Virus record (IMG/VR): IMGVR_UViG_2693429700_000016
DNA: 6,193 bases
Source: a virus
Lineage: Duplodnaviria; Heunggongvirae; Uroviricota; Caudoviricetes
Reading direction: 5' to 3' (one strand)
In this document: one piece after another, positions 1-5,858 of the stretch
Numbering within the stretch: position 1 is the first letter of the stretch
How the letters are laid out: each line of letters opens with the position of its first letter
Notes under the pieces: generated by a model
What the model saw: only the letters and a program-made list of their open reading frames with translations
What the model was told of the DNA's origin: nothing
The model's database searches: none
Made by a program: the position numbers and the translations under genes

Positions 1-79
1 CATATTCATCCTGACTTTCCAGAACCATACGAATCGCCCGCTGACGGACTTCGGGGGAAAAACGAGTATTTTTAGTCAT
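1..79 (-). CDS. IS3-family transposase OrfA, N-terminal fragment (continues past window edge)
   Basis: Own translation of minus strand from ATG 79-77 gives MTKNTRFSPEVRQRAIRMVLESQDEY with no stop to position 1. Candidate ribosome-binding site AGAGG upstream (revcomp of ~87-91). Confidence 0.8.
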   Translation of the reverse strand, partial: MTKNTRFSPEVRQRAIRMVLESQDEY

Positions 80-108
80 CCTGTTTACCTCTTTCTCAGG
101 GAGTTTAG

Positions 109-133
109 TCTCCAGGATTTCCGGGGCGGTTCA
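109..133 (-). repeat. IS terminal inverted repeat (IRL-like)
   Basis: TGAACCGCCCCGG..TCCTGGAGA shares a 13-nt identical terminus and the TCCTGGAGA block with the opposite-polarity copy at 6070-6094. Confidence 0.75.
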
Positions 134-140
134 GGCTGGT

Positions 141-572
141 GTGATTCTGCTGGGCTTTATGCGTCGGGAGTTAAATCTGTCTAACTCATCTGTGCTTGGG
201 GCCTGTCAGAAACTCCAGGAGGCTGTTGGCTTACCGAATCTGGCACCGCGCTATGCCATTGATGCTCCTGCTGACGCGCCTGATGGCTCAAGCCGCCCCA
301 CGCTGTCACTGAGTGCACTGCTGAAGCAGTATGGTATCTGCCTGACAGCTAATCAGGCATATCACCAGATGGCGAAGCTGGGGATCGTTGAACAACGCGA
401 ACGATACAGCCGTACCGCGATTAACAACATCAAAAAATTCTGGTCGCTGACGGCGAAAGGCTGCATGTTCGGCAAGAACATCACCAGTCCTGCAAATCCG
501 CGCGAGACGCAGCCGCATTTCTTCGAATCCCGATTCCCTGAGCTGTTAAAGCTGCTCGATACCGTTCATTGA
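141..572 (+). CDS. Hypothetical phage protein, probably 5'-truncated by the IS insertion (possibly the C-terminal part of a larger regulator; function not recognised)
   Basis: ORF with GTG at 141 (next ATG at 159), only 8 nt from the IS terminus. In-frame upstream sequence is IS DNA. Stop TGA 570-572 overlaps the start region of the next gene, suggesting coupling. GC-rich coding composition. Confidence 0.5.
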   Translation: MILLGFMRRELNLSNSSVLGACQKLQEAVGLPNLAPRYAIDAPADAPDGSSRPTLSLSALLKQYGICLTANQAYHQMAKLGIVEQRERYSRTAINNIKKFWSLTAKGCMFGKNITSPANPRETQPHFFESRFPELLKLLDTVH

Positions 573-573
573 G

Positions 574-1569
574 GTGACCGTGAGAGCACTACTGACCCCT
601 GAAATTGCCCCGCGTATGGGGATCGTATTGTTCAGGCCAGGTTCAGAGCTGATGCCCCTGTTTATGCAGGGGCGTGTCCTGCTGGAGCCTGAGCCGGAAC
701 GTTACTCATCTTTCGCCAGTGGTGCCGTTCCGGCGGCATCACAACCGCTGGCGGATGATCCTGCCGTTCGGGCCGTGTTCCGCAATGAGGCAGTGATCCG
801 TCGTGCTGGTGGCGTGGAATGTCTTGAAAGCTGGTTACTTCGTGAAAAAGGCTGCCAGTGGCCTCATTCCGACTGGCACAGCGAGAACATGACCACAATG
901 CGACACGCTCCGGGCGCAATCCGTCTGTGCTGGCACTGCGATAACCAGCTGCGCGATCAGTTCACGGAATGGCTGGAATCAATGGCAACGGATAACTGTG
1001 CCCGCTGGGTGTTGTCTGTTGTGCGTCGGGATCTCGGTTTTGATGACAGTCACGTTGTGACAATGCCGGAACTGTGCTGGTGGTTGATTCGTAATGATCT
1101 GGCGGATGCCTTACCGGAAAGTGCAGCCCGTAAGGCACTGAGATTACCGAAGCCTGTTGTGCCATCTGTCACCCGGGAAAGTGACCTTGTGCCTTCGGTT
1201 CCTGCCACCAGCATCATCCAGGATAAAGCGAAAAAGGTGCTGGCGCTGAAAGTGGATCCGGAGTCGCCGGAGTCTTTTATGTTACGCCCAAAACGTCGCC
1301 GCTGGGTTAATGAAAAGTACACGCGCTGGGTTAAGACGCAACCGTGTGCATGTTGTGGAAAGCCTGCTGATGATCCCCACCACCTGATAGGCCACGGTCA
1401 GGGTGGAATGGGTACAAAAGCGCATGATCTCTTTGTGTTGCCTTTGTGCAGAAAGCATCACGACGAGCTGCATGCGGATACCGTGGCATTTGAAGAGAAG
1501 TATGGCTCCCAGCTGGAGCTGATATTTCGTTTTATCGATCGTGCGCTGGCAATTGGCGTGCTGGCCTGA
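574..1569 (+). CDS. DUF968-like prophage protein with C-terminal HNH-like Cys/His motif
   Basis: 331-aa ORF. C-terminus has C-x2-C-G ... D-P-H-H ... P-L-C-R-K-H-H-x-E-L-H spacing typical of HNH/zinc-finger nucleases. Position immediately upstream of Q is typical of DUF968 genes (ydfU-like) in E. coli prophages. Start is GTG at 574 or GTG at 580 (GAGG at 571-574). Confidence 0.7.
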   Translation: MTVRALLTPEIAPRMGIVLFRPGSELMPLFMQGRVLLEPEPERYSSFASGAVPAASQPLADDPAVRAVFRNEAVIRRAGGVECLESWLLREKGCQWPHSDWHSENMTTMRHAPGAIRLCWHCDNQLRDQFTEWLESMATDNCARWVLSVVRRDLGFDDSHVVTMPELCWWLIRNDLADALPESAARKALRLPKPVVPSVTRESDLVPSVPATSIIQDKAKKVLALKVDPESPESFMLRPKRRRWVNEKYTRWVKTQPCACCGKPADDPHHLIGHGQGGMGTKAHDLFVLPLCRKHHDELHADTVAFEEKYGSQLELIFRFIDRALAIGVLA

Positions 1570-1587
1570 TTTTTGTGGAGTAAGTTG

Positions 1588-1932
1588 ATGCGTGATATGT
1601 ATGAAGTATTGGACCGCTGGGGAGCATGGGCTGCAGCAGACAACAGTGGTGTGGACTGGCAGCCGGTAGCAGCAGGCTTCAAGGGGCTTTTACCTCATGG
1701 CAAAAAGTCACGGATTCAGTGTGATGATGACGAAGGCATTATGATAGACAGTTGTGTGGCTCGGTTGAGAAGGTATAAACCAGAGGAATATGAGCTCATC
1801 ATAGCCCACTTTGTTATTGGTATCTCATTACGCACTATTGCCAAAAAGAGAAGGTGCTCTGATGGCACTATTAGGAAGGAGTTGCAAACCGCAATCGGTT
1901 TTATAGAGGGGGTTGTAAGTATACTTGTGTAA
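1588..1932 (+). CDS. Q: Late-gene antitermination protein Q (short quuD-like family)
   Basis: N-terminus MRDMYEVLDRWGAWAA...AAGFKGLL...CDDDEG...CSDG resembles DLP12 QuuD-type Q proteins from memory. GGAG at 1577-1580 precedes ATG 1588; the ORF track's TTG at 1573 is less likely. Stop TAA 1930-1932. Confidence 0.8.
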   Translation: MRDMYEVLDRWGAWAAADNSGVDWQPVAAGFKGLLPHGKKSRIQCDDDEGIMIDSCVARLRRYKPEEYELIIAHFVIGISLRTIAKKRRCSDGTIRKELQTAIGFIEGVVSILV

Positions 1933-1940
1933 AATAATAA

Positions 1941-1959
1941 AAGGCGGTAGTACCGCCTT
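1941..1959. terminator. Perfect hairpin (AAGGCGGTA / TACCGCCTT) between convergent Q and cassette; likely intrinsic terminator for the minus-strand cassette
   Basis: Inverted repeat 1941-1949 / 1951-1959. On the minus strand it is followed by a U-rich tract (revcomp of 1929-1940 = TTTTATTATTTT). The plus-strand downstream tract is not U-rich. Overlaps the stop codon (1958-1960) of the last cassette gene. Confidence 0.55.
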
Positions 1960-2572
1960 AATGATCGAATCGTTGTATGTTTTCATGGAATCTACAAAAG
2001 TGAATAGATATTTTGAATAGTAAAATGTAGAAACCAACTTGACTTAAAGTTATGGCTTTGCATTTATCATTCAAGAGTTTTTGTAATTCTTCCGTTGGTA
2101 ATTGGTATACATCATCAAGAAAAACGATGCATTCTTCTAAGTTGTCTGATTCAGGAAGATAAAAAATATTAGTAATTAACTGCTTCCTTATAGCATCAAT
2201 TTTGCTATCTATTGAAGTCTTAGAAACTCCGTTGGAGAGAAGAATAGCTTCGAACTTAGATAAACTTACTAACGGAGCAAAGACTGCACGCATTGGCACA
2301 TCACGATTATTACTTGTATCTATATCGCAACTGTTGCTTAATATAATTCCTCGTGTTTTTTTAGTCCCTTTAATTGAATATACTGTAAGCTCCTTAAATA
2401 TATCTCCCTGAAGTGCAGCATTTTTCAGATCATCATGATAATTGGTAAGGTAGTAGTTAGTGTTTTCAGGGAAATCTCTAAGTGCATTTATTAGCCCTTC
2501 TTTTTGAGGAGCTGTTAAATAATATGGGATTTGATCTTTGAATTTCTCGATATCAAAAATGTTATTACTCAT
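1958..2572 (-). CDS. Cassette gene C: hypothetical protein (~204 aa), no recognisable motif
   Basis: Long ORF in strongly AT-rich DNA. ATG at 2572-2570 (alternative GTG at 2575-2573) lies directly after the TAA stop (2578-2576) of gene B, suggesting translational coupling. Ends at the terminator hairpin. Confidence 0.7.
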   Translation of the reverse strand: MSNNIFDIEKFKDQIPYYLTAPQKEGLINALRDFPENTNYYLTNYHDDLKNAALQGDIFKELTVYSIKGTKKTRGIILSNSCDIDTSNNRDVPMRAVFAPLVSLSKFEAILLSNGVSKTSIDSKIDAIRKQLITNIFYLPESDNLEECIVFLDDVYQLPTEELQKLLNDKCKAITLSQVGFYILLFKISIHFCRFHENIQRFDH

Positions 2573-2575
2573 CAC

Positions 2576-2920
2576 TTAATCCAAGTATAAATCCCACAGT
2601 GAAGCATGAACGACTTTATTTATTTCACTGCCTAAAGACACCTGGTTTGTTGATAATTTTTCATAAAAGTTTGTCATCGAGACTGCAAGTCTTTGATCAA
2701 CTGAGATTGTGCTCCCTGCTTTATATGTTTGTGTGATGGAATGAACTGAATCGGTAGTTGAAGACTTATACTCCAAAGCGTGATTTTTGACGATTAAACT
2801 TTGTTGAGGACCATGCTGTTGATTTTGGGCAATGTCTGTTAATGCTGTTATATGCAGACCATATAAAACCAAAGTTAATACTTGAAGTTGAGCTCGATAA
2901 ACATGATGAGACGGATACAT
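2576..2920 (-). CDS. Cassette gene B: small hypothetical protein (114 aa) with hydrophobic N-proximal segment
   Basis: ATG at 2920-2918 preceded on the minus strand by GGTGGT about 7 nt upstream (revcomp of 2921-2935 = AAATGGTGGTATGAT). Residues ~10-30 (AQLQVLTLVLYGLHITALTDIA) are hydrophobic. Stop abuts the start of gene C. Confidence 0.6.
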   Translation of the reverse strand: MYPSHHVYRAQLQVLTLVLYGLHITALTDIAQNQQHGPQQSLIVKNHALEYKSSTTDSVHSITQTYKAGSTISVDQRLAVSMTNFYEKLSTNQVSLGSEINKVVHASLWDLYLD

Positions 2921-2935
2921 ATCATACCACCATTT

Positions 2936-3685
2936 CTATTTGTAGGATGGTTCTAGTTCTTGAATTGTTGACTCTTTAAGGCAACTAAAGAAAGCTAATT
3001 TATTACAGGAGTGAAGATCATCAAGAATTTTTTTGGGTTCGTTTTTAAACTTATCTATTTCATCAGTATTAGTGATTTGCCTAATACTGTCTATGTCTAG
3101 GATTAGTCCTTTTTTATTAAATTCTCCATTATCTGACATGACTAAAGCATGAGATAATATTTGAATTATATTTAGAAATGCGCCTTCATTTTTATCGATT
3201 CTGATATTGATCGGATAATTAGACATAGACTCGCCAGCCATATTTAAGCTGACGTTTAGCTTATCAAATAAATTAGAATCGTCTTCTTTTGGGAAAAAAT
3301 CTACATACTTTAATGAGTAGCGGATGATGTTGTCATTTAAATTTAATTTGTTAAGCTCATTTAATACATGAATGATTTTTTCTCTAAAATGACTCCACCC
3401 TTGATATTTGGTGCTGGTGGATACAACAACACCATGGTCACTTAGTCCAATATAGTACCCTTCGATTTCGAGGCGACTGACAACTGCGTAATGTAATTGT
3501 TCATCTCCCTCACGAACATTTTTAGGTATTTGACTGGGTGGTAAACTAATTACTGGTTTTGTACAACCTAGAGCGTGAAAAAGAAACCCTGGAACTATTT
3601 CCGATATTTGTGTTTCTTTAGAAAAACGCATTTCGAAAGCAGCTTCGATTACTGGTTGTTTTGATAGAGATGTTGGAATGAGCAT
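2936..3685 (-). CDS. Cassette gene A: hypothetical protein (249 aa); N-terminal P-V-I-E-A-A-F-E-M-R-F motif resembles TIGR04255-type proteins of unknown function (recognition from memory, unverified)
   Basis: 750-nt ORF, AT-rich codon usage, ATG at 3685-3683, stop TAG 2938-2936 is 15 nt upstream of gene B start. The motif PVIEAAFEMRF plus later IIRYSLKYVDFF and GLILDIDSI blocks fit my memory of that family. Confidence 0.7.
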   Translation of the reverse strand: MLIPTSLSKQPVIEAAFEMRFSKETQISEIVPGFLFHALGCTKPVISLPPSQIPKNVREGDEQLHYAVVSRLEIEGYYIGLSDHGVVVSTSTKYQGWSHFREKIIHVLNELNKLNLNDNIIRYSLKYVDFFPKEDDSNLFDKLNVSLNMAGESMSNYPINIRIDKNEGAFLNIIQILSHALVMSDNGEFNKKGLILDIDSIRQITNTDEIDKFKNEPKKILDDLHSCNKLAFFSCLKESTIQELEPSYK

Positions 3686-3912
3686 TTAAAACCCATAGTA
3701 TGTTTTATGAGCTGATTGGATTTTGAGCATAGCTACCGCACGAATCTTCGAGGAAGATCCAAACATGTGCCTAATGTCGCATCATGCTCAAGGCGGCATA
3801 AATTTTGTTTACTGAGTATAAGATTAACAACCATTAACTTCCATCAAAAATGCTAACGCGTACGCAAAAACTATTGTATCGTGTTAAGAGTGGTCACTTC
3901 GCCACACAGCTT
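3686..3912. promoter_or_regulatory. Divergent control region: expected site of the cassette promoter (minus) and possibly the phage late promoter/qut (plus); exact elements not resolved
   Basis: Non-coding, compositionally intermediate stretch between the cassette start and the lysis leader. Only weak sigma70-like hexamers found by eye, e.g. TTAACA 3824-3829 with AAAAAT 3846-3851. Positional inference only. Confidence 0.3.
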
Positions 3913-3942
3913 AAACCCGCCGTCGAGCGGGTTTGTCGTTTC
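3913..3942 (+). terminator. Hairpin AAACCCGC-CGTCGA-GCGGGTTT followed by GTCGTTTCT: candidate tR'-like intrinsic terminator or late-leader structure upstream of S
   Basis: 8-bp GC-rich stem (3913-3920 / 3927-3934) with 6-nt loop and U-rich tail on the plus strand. Flanking GGTCACTTCG (3892-3901) recalls the lambda pR'-tR' leader from memory. Confidence 0.4.
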
Positions 3943-4085
3943 TGGACCCGGCTATTTGTTGAGCCTGGTCTATACCGCAGTTATCCATTGGCTCGGCCTC
4001 TTTTACGTTTCCGCTTCTGATTTGCGGTACATGATGTTCCCTCAATTTGCACCTCCTGTATTGGCGAGGTGAGAGATAACTACAA

Positions 4086-4412
4086 ATGCCTCATAACCCA
4101 AATACCTGGCTGGAGTTGGTCCAGAGCTGGTGGCGTGGAGACACACCGCTGGGCGCAGTGATTATGTCGATTGTTATGGCTGGTTTACGTATTGCCTATT
4201 TTGGCGGTGGTGGCGGCTGGAAGCGAAAAACACTCGAAATTCTACTCTGTGGTGCTCTGACGCTGACTTTTGCATCCGCTCTTGAGTATGTCGGATGGCC
4301 TAAATCACTATCTGTTGCCATTGGTGGTGGGGTGGGGCTGATCGGTGTCGATGCTATTCGTGGGGCTGCAATGCGAGTAATCGGTAACAAATTTGGTGGC
4401 TCTAAGGAGTAA
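4086..4412 (+). CDS. S: Holin (class I, lambda S-like three-TMD architecture, but a divergent allele)
   Basis: 108 aa. Three hydrophobic segments (about residues 22-39, 49-69, 75-91). Shares the LR..Y.GG...K and IG.D.I pattern with lambda S from memory. Immediately upstream of R; stop TAA 4410-4412. Confidence 0.8.
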   Translation: MPHNPNTWLELVQSWWRGDTPLGAVIMSIVMAGLRIAYFGGGGGWKRKTLEILLCGALTLTFASALEYVGWPKSLSVAIGGGVGLIGVDAIRGAAMRVIGNKFGGSKE

Positions 4413-4415
4413 TTT

Positions 4416-4892
4416 ATGCAGGTACTAAATTCCCAGCGTAAAGCTTTCCTCGATATGGTGGCTTGGTCAGAAGGAACGGATAACGGACGACAACCGACAC
4501 GTAACCACGGTTATGACGTTATTGTTGGTGGTGAACTCTTCACTGATTACTCCGATCACCCTCGCAAACTTGTCACGCTAAACCCGAAACTCAAGTCAAC
4601 AGCCGCCGGACGTTACCAGCTTCTTTCACGCTGGTGGGATGCTTACCGTAAACAGCTTGGCCTGAAAGATTTTTCTCCAGAAAGCCAGGACGCTGTAGCT
4701 CTGCAGCAGATTAAAGAGTGTGGCGCTTTACCGATGATTGATCGCGGTGATATTCGTCAGGCAATTGACCGTTGCAGCAATATCTGGGCTTCACTGCCGG
4801 GTGCTGGTTATGGTCAGTTCGAGCATAAGGCTGACAGCCTGATTGCAAAATTCAAAGAAGCAGGCGGAACGGTCAGAGAGATTGAGGTATGA
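4416..4892 (+). CDS. R: Endolysin R (lambda-type lytic transglycosylase)
   Basis: 158 aa. Sequence [81 protein letters not shown]... is near-identical to lambda R as I remember it. AAGGAG at 4404-4409. Confidence 0.95.
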   Translation: MQVLNSQRKAFLDMVAWSEGTDNGRQPTRNHGYDVIVGGELFTDYSDHPRKLVTLNPKLKSTAAGRYQLLSRWWDAYRKQLGLKDFSPESQDAVALQQIKECGALPMIDRGDIRQAIDRCSNIWASLPGAGYGQFEHKADSLIAKFKEAGGTVREIEV

Positions 4893-5350
4893 GCAGAGTA
4901 ACCGCGATTATCTCCGCTCTGGTTATCTGCATCATCGTCTGCCTGTCATGGGCTGTTAATCATTACCGCGATAACGCCATTACCTACAAAGCCCAGCGCG
5001 ACAAAAATGCCAGAGAACTGAAGCTGGCGAACTCGACAATTACTGACATGCAGGTGCGCCAGCGTGATGTTGCTGCGCTCGATGCAAAATACACGAAGGA
5101 GTTAGCTGATGCGAAAGCTGAAAATGATGCTCTGCGTGATGATGTTGCCGCTGGTCGTCGTCGGTTGCACATCAAAGCAGTCTGTCAGTCAGTGCGTGAA
5201 GCCACCACCGCCTCCGGCGTGGATAATGCAGCCTCCCCCCGACTGGCAGACACCGCTGAACGGGATTATTTCACCCTCAGAGAGAGGCTGATCACTATGC
5301 AAAAACAACTGGAAGGAACCCAGAAGTATATTAATGAGCAGTGCAGATAG
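4889..5350 (+). CDS. Rz: Spanin inner-membrane subunit Rz (i-spanin)
   Basis: 153 aa. ATGA start/stop overlap with R. N-terminal TM segment ([16 protein letters not shown]) then coiled-coil-like region; near-identical to lambda Rz from memory. Confidence 0.95.
   Translation: MSRVTAIISALVICIIVCLSWAVNHYRDNAITYKAQRDKNARELKLANSTITDMQVRQRDVAALDAKYTKELADAKAENDALRDDVAAGRRRLHIKAVCQSVREATTASGVDNAASPRLADTAERDYFTLRERLITMQKQLEGTQKYINEQCR
5109..5291 (+). CDS. Rz1: Spanin outer-membrane lipoprotein Rz1 (o-spanin), embedded in the +1 frame of Rz
   Basis: 60 aa. Lipobox VVGC and proline-rich [13 protein letters not shown]. Fully nested inside Rz as in lambda. Confidence 0.9.
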   Translation: MRKLKMMLCVMMLPLVVVGCTSKQSVSQCVKPPPPPAWIMQPPPDWQTPLNGIISPSERG

Positions 5351-5381
5351 AGCTGCCCATATCGATGGGCAACTCATGCAA

Positions 5382-5675
5382 TTATTGTGAGCAATACACA
5401 CGCGCTTCCAGCGGAGTATAAATGCCTAAAGTAATAAAACCGAGCAATCCATTTACGAATGTTTGCTGGGTTTCTGTTTTAACAACATTTTCTGCGCCGC
5501 CACAAATTTTGGCTGCATCAACAGTTTTCTCCTGTCCAATTCCCGAAACGAAGAAATGATGGGTGATGGTTTCCTTTGGTGTTACTGCTGTCGGTTTGTT
5601 TCCAACAGTAAACGTCTGTTGAGCACATCCTGTAATAAGCATTGCCAGAGCGGCAGAAAACAACATTTTTTTCAT
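5382..5675 (-). CDS. bor: Bor-family outer-membrane lipoprotein (lambda bor-like)
   Basis: Minus-strand ORF; start chosen at internal ATG 5675-5673 (MKKMLFSAALAMLITGCAQQTFTV...) with AGGA about 8 nt upstream. Lipobox ITGC. Near-identical to lambda Bor from memory. The ORF-track N-terminal extension (5676-5723) is probably not translated. Confidence 0.9.
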   Translation of the reverse strand: MKKMLFSAALAMLITGCAQQTFTVGNKPTAVTPKETITHHFFVSGIGQEKTVDAAKICGGAENVVKTETQQTFVNGLLGFITLGIYTPLEARVYCSQ

Positions 5676-5858
5676 CTTATTATCCTGCATTGTTAAAAAC
5701 GGCAGAATCCTATGTGACAACAATTAAACGATAGTTAAATGGATTGATGAAATTTAAAACTATATAGGTGTACGGTCAGACTATTGGAGGTAGTCAGGAT
5801 TTGAATGTCAGTCTGTTGTCGGCATTCTGGCAATGCAATTTGGATAAAGCGGGGATTA

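Larger units (their letters stand above)
1..133 (-). mobile_element. Partial IS3-family insertion sequence (IS629/IS1203-like), left end: terminal inverted repeat plus OrfA start; element body lies beyond the left edge of the window
   Basis: Minus strand from 133 reads TGAACCGCCCCGGAAATCCTGGAGACTAAACTCCCTGAGAAAGAGGTAAACAGG then ATG at 79-77. The IS3-family TG terminus and OrfA N-terminus MTKNTRFSPEVRQRAIRMVLESQDEY match IS629-type OrfA as I remember it. Confidence 0.8.

Noticed and set aside
306-518. 70-aa minus-strand ORF inside the 141-572 gene
   Set aside because: Antisense overlap within GC-rich coding sequence; no ribosome-binding site noted; typical spurious ORF.
1573-1587. TTG start for Q proposed by the ORF track
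   Set aside because: The ATG at 1588 has a GGAG ribosome-binding site at proper spacing and matches the N-terminus of Q homologs (MRD...).
662-1682. Series of minus-strand ORFs (662-919, 962-1165, 1050-1322, 1282-1473, 1458-1682) inside the DUF968 gene
   Set aside because: All are antisense to a long, coherent plus-strand gene, Arg/Pro-rich as expected from GC-rich antisense frames; overlapping each other.
1828-2037. 69-aa minus-strand ORF spanning the Q 3' end, the terminator hairpin and the gene C tail
   Set aside because: Overlaps two better-supported genes and a terminator structure.
2202-2411. 69-aa plus-strand ORF inside gene C
   Set aside because: Antisense to the cassette gene; AT-rich DNA yields chance ORFs; no ribosome-binding site.
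3686-3730. 14-codon minus-strand upstream ORF (MLKIQSAHKTYYGF) ending at TAA directly before the gene A ATG
   Set aside because: Very short with no convincing ribosome-binding site. Possibly a leader peptide, but not supportable from sequence alone.
3881-4072. 63-aa plus-strand ORF (GTG start) upstream of S
   Set aside because: Lies in the presumed late leader, contains the terminator-like hairpin, has no ribosome-binding site; more likely non-coding regulatory RNA sequence.
1933-4085. Checked for tRNA genes or stx-like toxin genes at the Q-S hotspot, and for CRISPR repeats
   Set aside because: No tRNA T-loop-like GGTTCGAATCC-type motifs, no A/B toxin-like ORFs and no regularly spaced direct repeats were seen; the cargo here is the three-gene cassette instead.
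4196-4390. 64-aa minus-strand ORF with poly-Pro tail
   Set aside because: Antisense to the holin; the Pro run is the complement of the holin Gly codons.
4984-5401. Minus-strand ORFs 4984-5175 and 5189-5401 inside Rz/Rz1
   Set aside because: Antisense to well-supported spanin genes.
5463-5696. 77-aa plus-strand ORF
   Set aside because: Antisense to bor; Cys-rich low-complexity translation.
5676-5723. N-terminal extension of bor (MLSHRILPFLTMQDNK) from the ORF track
   Set aside because: The internal ATG at 5675 has its own ribosome-binding site and gives the canonical lipoprotein signal peptide.
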